DNA of 64,000 bases. Source: Macrostomum hystrix (Eukaryota > Animalia > Platyhelminthes). Of this stretch, positions 22,301-34,299 are shown one piece after another. The number at the start of each line of letters is the position of its first letter. Positions within the stretch are counted from its first letter, which is position 1. The translations under genes and the position numbers were made by a program. The notes beneath the pieces are model-generated. The model worked only from the letters and a program-made list of their open reading frames with translations, ran no database searches and was not told the origin of the DNA. The stretch covers positions 20,894,001-20,958,000 of the forward strand of contig CATNEN010000001.1 in assembly GCA_950097015.1 (NCBI GenBank). The letters are read 5' to 3'.

Positions 22301-25300
22301 GAAGTCAGGGGAATAGTCAGAGGGTGAGATAGAAGTCAGGGGAATAGTCAGAGGGTGAGATAGAAGTCAGGTGAACAGTCAGAGGGTGAGATAGAAGTCA
22401 AGGTGAACAATCAGAGGGTGAGATAGAAGTCAGGGGAATAGTCAGAGGGTGAGATAGAAGTCAAGGGAATAGTCAGAGGGTGAGATAGAAGTCAGGTGAA
22501 CAGTCAGAGGGTGAGATAGAAGTCAAGGTGAACAGTCAGAGGGTGAGATAGAAGTCAAGTTGAACAGTCAGAGGGTGAGATAGAAGTCAAGGTGAACAAT
22601 CAGAGGGTGAGATAGAAGTCAGGGGAATAGTCAGAGGGTGAGATAGAAGTCAGGGGAATAGTCAGAGGGTGAGATAGAAGTCAGGTGAACAGTCAGAGGG
22701 TGAGATAGAAGTCAAGGTGAACAATCAGAGGGTGAGATAGAAGTCAGGGGAATAGTCAGAGGGTGAGATAGAAGTCAAGGGAATAGTCAGAGGGTGAGAT
22801 AGAAGTCAGGTGAACAGTCAGAGGGTGAGATAGAAGTGAGCATCGAGTGCTCAGAGGGTGAGCACAATGGACTAGATGAACAATCGATAACCGAGACCCT
22901 GAATCGAACCGCAGCAAAGCATTTGCCTGTAGCCATCAGTGCAAAGTCAAGCGATAAAGCAAGCGTGATAATTCAATATCGATAACAGATTTCGATATCG
23001 ATTTTTTAATCAAATTCTGAACCGAATCATGCAGAAGCTCCAAAATCTTACACTCGGCATAAGCAATGAGCGATATTTAATCGATAAATTATAAAAACGG
23101 TTATAAAATATACGATACACATAATCAGTGAAATATGCTTCTCGAGTACACCTAAAAGAAACACAAACACAGAAACGTTTACCTCTCAATGCAAGCCGTC
23201 TGTTAAAATGTAATTTTGCAATACTGCGTTAGTGCACACCTGATAGCTATGCATTTACGAGCTCGTAGCAGAACAAGATAGTTAGGCATTGTACAACACT
23301 AAGCAACCGGAGACAGAACATCTACTGCTTGAGGATCTGGGGAGGTTGAGAACGGGAGCTGAGGATCTGGGGAGACTGGGAGCAGTAGTTGGGGATCTGG
23401 GGAGGTTGAGAACGGGAGCTGAGGATCTGGGGAGACTGGGAGCAGTAGTTGGGGATCTGGGGAGGTTGAGAACGGGAGCTGAGGATCTGGGGAGACTGGG
23501 AACAGGAGCTGTGGATCTGGGGAGACTGGGAACAGGAGTTGAGGATACGGGCAGACTGGGAACAGGAGTTGAGGATACGGGCAGACTGGGAACAGGAGCT
23601 GAGGATCTGGGGAGACTGGAAACAGGAGCTGAGGATCTGGGCAGACTGGGAACAGGAGCTGAGGATCTGGGGAGACTGGGAGCAGGAGTTGAGGATCTGG
23701 GGAGACTGGGAACAGGAGTTGAGGATCTGGGGAGACTGGGAGCAGGAGTTGAGGATCTGGGGAGGTTGGGAACAGGAGTTGAGGATCTGGGGAGACTGGG
23801 AGCAGGAATTGAGGATCTGGGAGGTTGGGAACAGGAGTTGAGGATCTGGGGAGACTGGGAGCAGGAATTGAGGATCTGGGAGGTTGGGAACAGGAGTTGA
23901 GGATCTGGGGAGACTGGGAGCAGGAATTGAGGATCTGGGGAGGTTGGGAACAGGAGTTGAGGATCTGGGGAGACTGGGAGCAGGAATTGAGGATCTGGGA
24001 GGTTGGGAACAGGAGTTGAGGATCTGGGGAGACTGGGAGCAGGAATTGAGGATCTGGGAGGTTGGGAACAGGAGTTGAGGATCTGGGGAGACTGGGAGCA
24101 GGAATTGAGGATCTGGGAGGTTGGGAACAGGAGTTGAGGATCTGGGGAGGTTGGGAACAGGAATCAAGTATCTAGGAATGCTGGAAGCAGGAGTTGAGGA
24201 TGTGGGCAGGCTGGGAGCAGAAGTTGAGGATCTGGGAATGCTGGGAGCAGGAGTTGAGGATCTGGAAATGGATCTGGGAATGCTGGGAGCAGGAGTTGAG
24301 GATCTGGAAATGGATCTGGGAATGCTGGGAGCAGGAGTTGAGGATCTGGAAATGGATCTGGGAATGCTGGAAACAGGGGGTTGGGAGTTAAGAATCATGA
24401 TCTGAGGCAAGGGGATAAAAACCTAAAATTTGCGGGCGATAATAATTAGTGAGAGTACCTAATAGTAAATCTAAAGAAGCCCGGATACCAACAATGTGCT
24501 CATAAAAGAAGCAGGTAAAGAATGGCCCCGGCATGGCAAGCTGTACAAACCATGGAAGCCGGGCAGACAGATGCATTTGAAGTAGGGCGCAGTCATGATG
24601 GTTCCAGAGCAGATGCCATTCAGGCAGACGGGAGCCACCGCGGGATCGATTCCCAGGTGTGGCTGGGCGGTGGAGCAGTAGTTGATGAGCACATTGCAGG
24701 TGTTGCCAGTGTAAGGCAGGTTGCACACACAGGTGGGCCCAGTGCTCAGCGGGTTGCAGAAGCCACCATTTTTGCAAGTGTCGCGTGAGCAGCCAACGTC
24801 TCGCCTCTCTCGATGGGATTGGACAACTCCTGATAATGAGAATTTCATGAGAAATATGACTTATAGCTTGTTATTAAAAGTCGAATTGCAAACAATAGGT
24901 TTGTAGGTTGGAATCTCAGACCAAGCAAAACAATTTATGTCCTTAAGCAAAACACTAAATTCCATGTTGCTTTTAGCAAAAACCAGCTCAAGTAGAAATC
25001 TGGTGTGGCAGCCAGTCGACAGACTGAAAAGCTGAACATAGCCTTTAATCAGTAGAAAGACAAGGCGAATCCATATTGGTTCAAAAATAATAGACAGTAA
25101 AACCAATACAGTATAATCAAGAACAATAGCAGAAATTGTTTCATGACGAATTGTTTCATGATAGTTTAAGTTTTTTGAGCAGAAATATTGTGCCTCCAGA
25201 CACCCAAAGAGAACCATTGAATATCTTGACAAGGTCAATGTTATGTGATTTTCGGAGTTGTTTTATAAGATAGATTTTATTAGAGCCGAAAATTGTAGCC

Positions 25301-25604
25301 TGTGTTCTCCATTTTCATGGCTGAATGTAGTTTAATTTTTTCGGGGGATACAGAAAAAGTAAAATGTGGATTTTTGAAATAACTGGTCTTTCTACTGTTA
25401 AAGTAATGTAACAATAGTTGTGGCTGCAACATAGGCAGTACATCTGATCCGAATGTGCTAGGTATAGTTTCTTTTTCTTTCTATGAAAAGCGATAAAATT
25501 AACAATTAATTACCTTGAAGCACTTTGGCAATGTCAGTTGCTGCAACAGTTGCTATGAGGGCACAGGCAGACAGAAGTAATAGTACAAGAAATGGGTAGG
25601 GCAT
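10383..25604 (-). CDS. crb: Crumbs (signal peptide, ~13 EGF, 3 LamG, TM, canonical FERM- and PDZ-binding tail), ~1255 aa
   Basis: Exons on the minus strand: 25604-25514 (MPYPFLVLLLLSACALIATVAA signal), 24829-24551, 21681-21489, 20496-20168, 16917-15635, 15565-14994, 14634-14513, 14388-13636 and 10528-10383. All introns are GT..AG and in phase (3768 nt). The last exon reads AAAGLFKFVQNRRKETGTYGPSKAESSSNSRAAQAPPPVRPPPEERLI*, containing the diagnostic GTYxPSxxE and PPxERLI motifs. This frame is not in the ORF track. Confidence 0.93.
10820..11060 (+). mobile_element. tRNA-derived SINE, 5'-truncated copy (last crb intron)
   Basis: The body matches the other copies from GCGGAGAGAGGGCTTGGGGGCTTGTCGTGC to the AT-rich tail. 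Confidence 0.8.
11610..12430. repeat. 20-bp minisatellite (GAGTCGTTAGAGAAGCGTTT)n, crb intron
   Basis: Visible tandem array with a duplicated higher-order block. Confidence 0.95.
12941..13285 (+). mobile_element. tRNA-derived SINE, near full length
   Basis: GGGGGTCAGTGGCAGAGCG...GAGCTCGATTCC head, shared body, and TGCAATTATTAC tail. Confidence 0.82.
15632..16901 (-). repeat. Right arm of the 1270-bp inverted repeat (within crb exon 5)
   Basis: Reverse complement of 5029-6298. Confidence 0.95.
17300..19315. repeat. 44-45-bp minisatellite (TCGATAGATCATGCTACCCCTCAATAATAATAATTGGCTACCAT)n, crb intron
   Basis: Visible tandem array. Confidence 0.97.
20525..21295. repeat. 26-27-bp minisatellite (ACAGAACTGGGATGGGGATAACACCCC)n, crb intron
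   Basis: Visible tandem array. It accounts for the multiple open frames at 20085-21410. Confidence 0.95.
21790..22840. repeat. 31-32-bp minisatellite (GAGATAGAAGTCAGGTGAACAGTCAGAGGGT)n, crb intron
   Basis: Visible tandem array. Confidence 0.96.
23330..24390. repeat. 29-30-bp minisatellite (GAGGATCTGGGGAGACTGGGAACAGGAGTT)n, crb intron
   Basis: Visible tandem array. It explains ORFs 23289..24410. Confidence 0.95.
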
Positions 25605-28323
25605 GTTTGTCACTTCTGTGCTGATTGTCTCTAGTTTAAACTGAAAATTAAAAATGTTTGATTGAAAAATTCTGCAATTCCTTAATAATTTTATAAATAT
25701 TTTTTTAATCTAAGTGGCTTCAACCAATGAAAGTACAGTTTTGAAGGCTTATGAGCCAATAGAAATATAGCAAAAATTATACAAAACCAATCTCAGACAT
25801 AATGCCTTACTGTTCCTTTACTTATAAAACATTGAATTAATATTATATTTAGATCAATTTGAAGACTTTAAATGATTGATATTATCTCAGTCAAAAGTGT
25901 TATAGTTGAACAACTATTTTAATTTGGTAATAATACTTGAGCACTAAGTGGGTTGACTGTCTTATTAGAGAAGCAGTTCTGTTTCTCTAACCATCAAGGT
26001 AGTTACAAATTCTATCTGCGATTTTCAAATAAAAAACATTCTTAGACTTAAGTACTCATATATATTATGAGTCGCCAATGCGTGAAGCCATCAAATCACC
26101 AATTAAGAAATCTATTACTACAATTACTAGAACATGATTGAGCAAAATTTATTACATGGACTGGTATTGTAGAAGTAAAATAACAAAAATTGTAATTTAT
26201 ATTTAACTATTTAATATTTAAGTAAGAAATTAATAAGAAGGAATCTCATATATATTACATATCTGTATATTTCAGATAATGGCAACATATGCAAAACTCA
26301 TTCTACCATATTACAGAAGTTGAATAATATTTTTATGGATTCATAAATTCACAGTCTTCTAAAAACTAGACGCTTATTGGTTTTCAAATGATCTCCTATC
26401 TTTATAATCTAAATAGGTATGTTTTTATTGTGGGTAGTCGGGGCATGTATACATCGCATTAGTCGCCAATAGCTATATAGTGTGTAATTTCTGTGGAAAA
26501 ATTTACGTTAAATTAGCGCTAATAGTAAACGCCGTTTGTTTTAATGACACTTTTTGTAAAATATAAAATTTCCTGAGCTTTCTAGTCCTAAAGAAAGCAA
26601 TCCTCATAATAGCTTAATCCATGGAAAAATTCACTAGATTATTTTATCTTGTTCCAAACGTGCAAAAATTGCGTCGTGATATAAACTTTTTTTCTCTAAA
26701 ACGATCGTAAATGGCCTATCTGCTCAGTGCTTAACTTAAGTATTAGCGGTACTGGATAAGATAAAACAATGTGTAATTATCTATTTGCAACCAGTTATTA
26801 CATTTTTTCTGTTTTTTATTAACGACCAGATCTAAGTTTTTCGTTTAATATTACACACGCTAGCTACATAAAGCTTAAACTGGCTTTGGTGTGAACAATT
26901 GTGCTTAAAGCTTACATTTTTCAGGCAATGATATTTGCAGGGACATTTGGATATAATTTGTACAACTAGAAAGCTAAATTCGCAATTATAAAAGCGTTTT
27001 CAAGCAGTTGCGCGCGTTTCATATAAGCAGTAATGTTAGTTGCATTTTAAGACTTGCATTTGGTACCTCATTTTGATAATTACGAGTGTATAACTTTGCA
27101 TCCTTTTAAGCGTCGATGTTGATTGTCAGATAAAAAATGATTAAGATTAGCAATAGTGCTAAAACACATTTTCTATCAATCAAAATAATCCTTTTAAAAA
27201 TCATGTAAGCTAAATTATAATATTTCCCACGTTGCAGTTTTATAATGTGAACAGTCCTAAATGCTGCATCAATATGCAGAAATAAAAGACAACAAGCGAG
27301 TCTGTAGTGTCAGCTTGTTTGCCTTCTGTCTCTCCGTGTTTTTTATTAATCAGAGTTCTTTTTCAGTTTTCACATAGAGAGGTGTGTTTTTTTTAGTTAT
27401 AGTCACTCATGCCGAGCCGGGTCCGACCAGCCGGGTGAGCGGACGCCACCACCCCAGGAGCGCTACCCCTGGGCTACAGTCTCGGCCAATCAGCGAGCGA
27501 CCCGGCCTCACTACCTGTCTACCCTTGGCAAGAAGCCACCCCGAGGGTCAGGACGGCGGCCGCGAGTCTAGTGTGATTTGTCACCTTGGCTCAAGCTACG
27601 ACAGCCTGGCATCCACCTCACCGATCGATCTAATTTAGGGTTAAAATAACCCTACTATCTGACTAGGCGCCTACTAGGCCAGTTTAAGTAAAATCATATT
27701 TCTGATTTCCCCTGGCCTACGCTCGTTGTTTTGCTTCCCGCTGTGAGCGCGCTATCTTTTTTGTGCAAATCTATCCATTTTTGTCTTGTGTAATTTTCTG
27801 TAGCAAGTTGAGTAATGCACCGAATTTTGCATGTATTGTCAAACTATTTATCAAACCTAGCTCATGCGAAGAACCTTCCGACTTTAAATTCGGAACAGCA
27901 TTGGTGTGGTCATCGCTCATACACATTACATGTTCAACACTTTAGCTGCGTGAGCGGAACACCCGAAGACACCAACAAACGATCGTTCTGTAGTTTACAA
28001 CAAACTGATTGGAAAACTGGCGATGCTCATCAGCAAACTTTACTCACTTCGTAACACCGTTGAGAGGCCGACCCACGAAGTTGTCACGTTCTTATTTATG
28101 GGGCCGAAAACTATCACGCTTGAAAGGCAATTTGCGCACTTATTATGTTTAGCATGCAGTATTAGGAAAGCAGCCCCAGTCAAGACCGGTTCTAAGCACA
28201 AACTTAACTCCCCCTACAGATCGGTACGTCCACTAGTACTCAAAGTTGTTGTCAAAGAAAGCATGTAAGTGTCAGATCACAATTCATTATTATTATATCA
28301 ATGACAATGTTTAACTAATTTCG

Positions 28324-29082
28324 TTAGTTCTTGTAAAAGAATTCGCTCGTCAGGTCGTTCGCCAGAGAGGCTGGCACAGCTGGGAACTCAAGAAGGCTGC
28401 ACAGGCCCTGCTGCTGCGAGAACACAGCTCCGCGACAATGCGAGGACTGGTCGCAGGTGTACAGGCACTGTGTCAGGCTGCCAGCGATGGCTGTGGTGAA
28501 AGGCACCGTTGAAGCATTTAGAGCTACCAATGTCCTGTTGCCGATGCCAAACCTGTTTGCATCTGCAATGGTTCAATGGGAGCTCGAAATGATTTAGTTC
28601 ATCATTTACATGTGCCGTACATAAGTTCGCTTCGCTTTAATTCGCTCACTGAGGTAGCTCAGCTGGTGCACGGAATTCCTAAATGCTCCGCCGCATTTTT
28701 GCAAAGAATTCCCAGCGCAGTTTTGGTTGCAGTCGGACTCTGGCGCGCTGCCCTGCCGCCCGTAGGCATTGTCGCAGAAGCACCAGTCGGTGGCCTGGAC
28801 GCCGAAGTAGCGAAAGTCGCTCATGGCACAGACTCCAGCGCAGACCTCCTGAGTCATCTGCGGACTGTTCACGGAGTCCTTAAAGTTGCTGAAGGTCACT
28901 GAGTTGATTCGCGTGATGCCGTAATTTCTCATGCCGCTAAGGTCTCGAGTTGAGTCTACGTTGTCCATGAAGCAGCCCAGGTAGTTGAACTGTACCTGCC
29001 TGTTGCCCAGTGTTGCCAGGGCGCCAGCGCACAGCAGGCTCAAGACTAATCCTAACACATGAGCACAGCTTGAGTCTGACAT
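28324..29082 (-). CDS. Secreted WSC-domain protein with C-terminal PAN/apple-like Cys motif, ~223 aa
   Basis: Exons 29082-28650 and 28562-28324, joined by a phase-1 GT..AG intron. Hydrophobic signal VLGLVLSLLCAGALA. WSC signature YLGCF-x-D...MT-x-E-x-C...C...YFGVQ...CFC...C...CAGN...CGG. Exon 2 contains CLYTC-x5-C-x-GAVF-x6-C-x-LL. Confidence 0.85.
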
Positions 29083-29796
29083 CGCTTTGAGCACAGAAAA
29101 ATCATGAGCGATGCCTCAGCTCCAATAACTAAGCCCCAATATAAAATATCACTGAAACGTTTTGTTTCAGTGTGATGATAAAGCTCTAGCAAATGAGAGC
29201 GATCGCCTGCTTGCTGATTGGCTGATAAGAGCCTAGCTTTGTTGCTTTGATATTGCAAAACACAACCATTGATAGCGCGCACAGATCTTAAAACACGATT
29301 CCAAATCAATTCCAAATCCAAATCCATCCAAACCAATGCAATAGGATCGCATCTTATGCTAATTTAGTGCCCGTGGATGTCCGTCCGTTGAGTATGAATC
29401 CATCATAAACGATTCTGACCGACTGAAATCAGTAGCCGGTCGATCCAGTCGACTAGAAACGCAGAGACATCTGAGCCCAGTCATTCATGGTCCGATTCGA
29501 GCTTGAAGAATTACGGCCTGAGCAACGAACTTTATGTTGAATTTATGACTATGATATGACTCGCATGCCTTCAGCTTCGACTCAAAAAAGGACAGCAATA
29601 GATCCGGGATTTCCGAGTGTTGATGAAAGCAGCCTTCAAGAGCTGAGTGTTGGCCTTCAACACGCTCTCCAATCAGACGAGCTACTGATTTCAGTCGGTT
29701 TGTTTCGAGGATTGACCTCGGGCTTTACTCTAGAGCCCTAAGCTGACACGTTACACTTTTCTCATAATCCCTCATAGTCAGATTCAGACCCTAATG

Positions 29797-30750
29797 CAGG
29801 GGTAGGCAAACTTATTTGCTGGCGGGCCAAAGAGAGAGCCTAAAAGACGACAGCGGGCCGCAATTGACTGTATAAATATGAGATAGGGGAGAGATGAGAC
29901 ACGGGAGAGATGAGACACGGGAGAGATTAGACACGGGAGAAATTAGACACGGGAGAGATGAGACACGGGAGAGATTAGACACGGGAGAGATGAGACAGGG
30001 AAGAGATGATACACGGGAGAGATGAGACACGGGAGAGATTAGACACGGGAGAGATTAGACACGGGAGAGATGAGACAGGGAAGAGATGAGACACGGGAGA
30101 GATTAGACACGGGAGAAATTAGACACGGGAGAGATTAGACACGGGAGAAACTAGACACGGGAGAAACTAGACACGGGAGAGATTAGACACGGGAGAAATT
30201 AGACACGAAAGAGATAAGACAGGGAAGAGATTAGACACGGGAGAGATTAGACACGGAGAGAGATTAGACACGGGAGAGATTAGACACGGGAGAAATTAGA
30301 CACGAAAGAGATAAGACAGGGAAGAGATTAGACACGGGAGAGATTAGACACGGAGAGAGATTAGACACGGGAGAGATTAGACACGGGAGAGATTAGACAC
30401 GGGAGAGATAAGACACGGGAGAGATGAGACACGGGAGAGATTAGACACAGGAGAGATTAGACACGGGAGAGATTAGACACGGGAGAGATGAGACACGGAG
30501 AGAGATTAGACACGGAGAGAGATTAGACACGGGAGAGATTAGACACGGGAGAGATGAGACACGGAGAGAGATTAGACACGGAGAGAGATTAGACACGGGA
30601 GAGATTAGATACGAGAGCGATGAGACACGGGAGATATTAGACACGAGAGAGATGAAACAGGAAACTGTAGATGTCAGAAGGGGCAACGGGCCGGATTTGG
30701 GAGCTTCGAGGGCCGTATCTGGCCCGCGGGCCGGAGTTTGCCGACCCCTG
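29797..30750. mobile_element. Non-autonomous hAT element (MITE) with internal minisatellite
   Basis: TIRs CAGGGGTAGGCAAACT / AGTTTGCCGACCCCTG, subterminal GGCCCGCGGGCC, and a perfect 8-bp TSD CCCTAATG at 29789-29796 and 30751-30758. Confidence 0.92.
29880..30660. repeat. 17-bp minisatellite (GAGATTAGACACGGGAG)n inside the hAT MITE
   Basis: Visible tandem array. Confidence 0.95.
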
Positions 30751-31529
30751 CCCTAATGCATCAAATCAGCACTGGACGTCAGTATAGCTTTGCCAAGCGC
30801 TTAAACTCCACTGCAGCTTATCGACTACATGCGGCTGCATCATCTGGGACTTCGGTGTCTGTATTGAATCAGACTCGCGAAGCCCCGTGAAAGTGGGTTT
30901 GAAAGCAGTGAAAAAATATCCCAATAGAAAAAATTATTATATTTCATTAGAGATATTAGCTAAGCTAAGCTATTTCAGAACTGCAAATTGAAATATTTGT
31001 ATGGCGACTGTGCAATCAGTAGTATGTAAAATTTAGATTTTTGAAATGTTGATTCCAGAAATCCAGAAATCCGACAAGTTTACTGCCAATCTGAGCAGAT
31101 TGAGAAGTTTTTAAATACCAGTTATTTCTATGAAAATACAGCTTATTGTCCCAGGCCTCATAGGTGGGCGTTTCTATGCACTCCATGCGCACTTGCTGAG
31201 TTCTTTATGAGACAATGAGACTCAACTAGACTTTATGAGCTGTGACTATGCAGCAGCTTCACAATCGCTAGTTAGAGTTTTTTAATGAGTAAGCTGGTGC
31301 GTTTTGACCTGACAACAGTGCAAATTGGCAGTTCATTTAGCCCGGCTCCAGTCGCTTATGCAGCAGTCGATTCAATTGAAAAAATTCTTCCGTGTGTTAC
31401 GCCTTGAAGCCGAGGAAAATTGATTTTTATGCCTGCTTATAGTAAAAATTTGAAACCGGCCGTCCAATATGCCTGTCGGGAAAATGCCTCAATGAGGCTA
31501 GTTCTAAGGTATTAGGCAGATAAGTAATT

Positions 31530-32150
31530 ATCTTGTCTAATAGGTTAGATTTGTGTCTAACAGGTGAGACTTGTATCTAACAGTTGAGGCTAGCATCTAA
31601 CAGCTGATACTGTATCTAACAGGTGAGGCTAGTATATAACAGGTGAGACTTGTATCTAACAGGTGAGGCTAGTATCTAATAGGTTTGATTTGTGTCTAAC
31701 AGTTATGGCTAGTATCTAACAGTTATAGCTAGTATCTAACAGTTATGGCTAGTATCTAACAGTTATGGCTAGTATCTAACAGATGTGGCTAGTATCTAAC
31801 AGATGAGGCTAGTATCTAACAGATGAGGCTAGTATCTAACAGATGAGGCTAGTATCTAACAGATGAGGCTAGTATCTAACAGATGAGGCTAGTATCTAAC
31901 AGTTATGGCTAGTATCTAACAGTTATGGCTAGTATCTAACAGTTATGGCTAGTATCTAACAGATGAGGCTAGTATCTAACAGTTATGGCTAGTATCTAAC
32001 AGATGAGGCTAGTATCTAACAGATGAGGCTAGTATCTAACAGATGAGGCTAGTGTCTAACAGATGAGGCTAGTATCTAACAGATGAGGCTAGTGTCTAAC
32101 ATATGAGGCTAGTATCTGACAGATGAGGCTAGTGTCTAACAGTTCAGGTT
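31530..32150. repeat. 20-bp minisatellite (AGTATCTAACAGATGAGGCT)n
   Basis: Visible tandem array. Confidence 0.95.
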
Positions 32151-32699
32151 TATGTTGATCAGATAGGGCTGTGTCTAATTAATTGATGAGGCAAAGGTTT
32201 GGTAGCTGCCAGTGCCGGAGGAGCTATCATGCCAGCTTTTTTATGCATGCACATTTTACAGCTTCTAAGCCAGGAGCTAACCCGCTGAGTTAGTCTCCCC
32301 TCCTCTCTGTCAAAGCAGAGGGTTGCATGGCAATTAGCAACGATTGACCCATTTTGCATTAACTGCATTAATGATTGATTTGAGTAGGACTGGGGCCGTT
32401 TAACAGCTGCTAGACGAGATGCAGGGATCGGCTTTGATGCATATACAGGTGGATTTGTTTGTGAGCATGCAATGTTCACCTCTTTAGTTCCAACGGCAAG
32501 GGCAAAGCGTCAATGGATACTTCCGTGACGCAATCTGGATTTCATATGCGCATTTTTTGTAATATTTCGATTGAATTTGACAATACAGCGAAAGTTTCTG
32601 TTAAAAAATATCACTTCATTGGTAGATTAAATAGTATGTTACGGAGTTCAATAATGGCCAAATTTTTGGAGACGTGATCCATTCAAAGCCCCCAAGAGA

Positions 32700-33640
32700 T
32701 GCCAGTGGCAATGCTGAACGAATACCTGCGCTTTTTCTACTATACACTTAAGAAGACTGATGGTAGTTTGCATGCCCCCTCTAGCTTGGTATGCTGGAGG
32801 GCTGGGATCCAAAAGGTACTTCAGCATGATCCTAAAGCGTCCGCTTAATATCGTGTCTGGAGAAGACTTCGTTAGCTCAAATCGGATGTTGCGTGTTAAG
32901 GTACGCGAATTTCATAATTCAGGTGGAACAACTAAGCAGTTTCTACCGATCGAGGAAGCAGATCTGGAAAAAGTCAAGGCATACTTTGATAGAACCACAG
33001 CCGAACGCTTACAGGACGAAGTGGCATTCACCATTCTCTATATTCTTGGGGAAAGAGGACAAGAACACCTTAAGCATTTGAAACAGCAGGGAGCATTGGT
33101 TGCTGGTATCGACTCCGACGGACATGAGTACTATGAACTACCACCACTTCCAACTAAGAACCAATCGAGTGACGACAAGAACGAAGCAGGCGAGCATCTA
33201 TGGAGAGCATCGTGAACTGATTGCTCTGTATGAGAGGTCTTTACCTACAGGGGTGAACAACGGCAGCTTTTTTCCGAAGCCTCTTTTGAACGATTCAGAA
33301 GGCAGACCCCGTTTTTCTACGAACCAGGTGCGCGGAGTCAACTGGCTGGCGAATTTTACGCAGAGGGTGAGTCGTCTATGCAACTTGAGTAAAGTGTATA
33401 GTAATCACTGCACTCGCGTTACAAGGATCGCTGACCTGCGCGATAATGGTCATTCTTTGAACGATATGATGACTATTACTGGACAAAAGTCTGACAGGAC
33501 TGTACGTCGCTACTTGTCTAGGCAGCGTGAACGCACTGTCCGGAATGTGTCCATGACAGTCAGCAGGGCTCTTAAGCGGAAGGGCGAAGCGGAGACTGCG
33601 ATCTCTACACTAACGAGTGTGTCAGCTGATGCTACACATG
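32700..33640 (+). pseudogene. Crypton-type (DUF3504/ZMYM-KCTD1-like) tyrosine recombinase, frameshifted
   Basis: Across frames: LNEYLRFFY..LKKTDG...SSL...RAGIQ / LQDEVAF..LY..GERGQE / FFPKP / YSNHCTRVT-x-I-x-x-L...ITGQKS...VRRY. These match the Crypton YR pattern G-x-RG-x-E...NHS-x-R...TGHKS...Y. Frameshifts occur near 32812 and 33180. Confidence 0.75.
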
Positions 33641-34299
33641 GACACCGAGCATGTTTGCCGGTTGCTCATTCCAGCACTGCACTATTAACTTTACGAAGTG
33701 ATGCTCTAATTGTCATCCTTAGGATTGCAATATGGCTAGACACTTTGTTTTATTGTTTATTATCATGTTTTCAAGTTGTCTCGCTATAAAGTTATAATAA
33801 ATATAACACAGCATATGAAAAAATGGTCTATGGTCAAAATGTTTTTCAGGGCTAAGGAATGACAAAAAGTGCGTGTCGTTATAATACACTTGCATATATG
33901 TACAATGGAGTCTATGGCAAAGCCTACTAGCAATGCTTCTGATTGTCACACGTTAAATATGCGTTGACCATAGACTATGGTCTGATTGATTTATTTCAGT
34001 GCTCTAACTTCAACCCAAAAAATCCAAGAAAGACACGAAACAAAGCAAACAGTGTGTTAGGAGCTTGAAATGGAAACAAGGAACAGCGTTTAACTATAGA
34101 TTTAGTGTTTGTGGTAACACAGTTTGTCCATTTTATACTTTCTTTCACTTTCACTTATTGAAATTGATGGTGCAGTCCTCAAAGTGGCAGTTGGAAAACA
34201 GTGACGAATTTGTGTTTTCACACACAGTTTCCGTTTTATGGCTGGTGACGCTCTCGTTTGAGGTGGAAACACTCGTACCGATGTTGACGTATGCTGTTT

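Noticed and set aside
3902-25604. Calling the EGF genes Notch, fibropellin or eyes shut
   Set aside because: There are no LNR or ankyrin repeats. The EGF-LamG-TM layout and the GTY/ERLI tail identify Crumbs.
27400-27640. GC-rich patch with CCAAT as the crb promoter
   Set aside because: Plausible (a 5' UTR acceptor exists at ~25641), but there is no sequence evidence linking the two.
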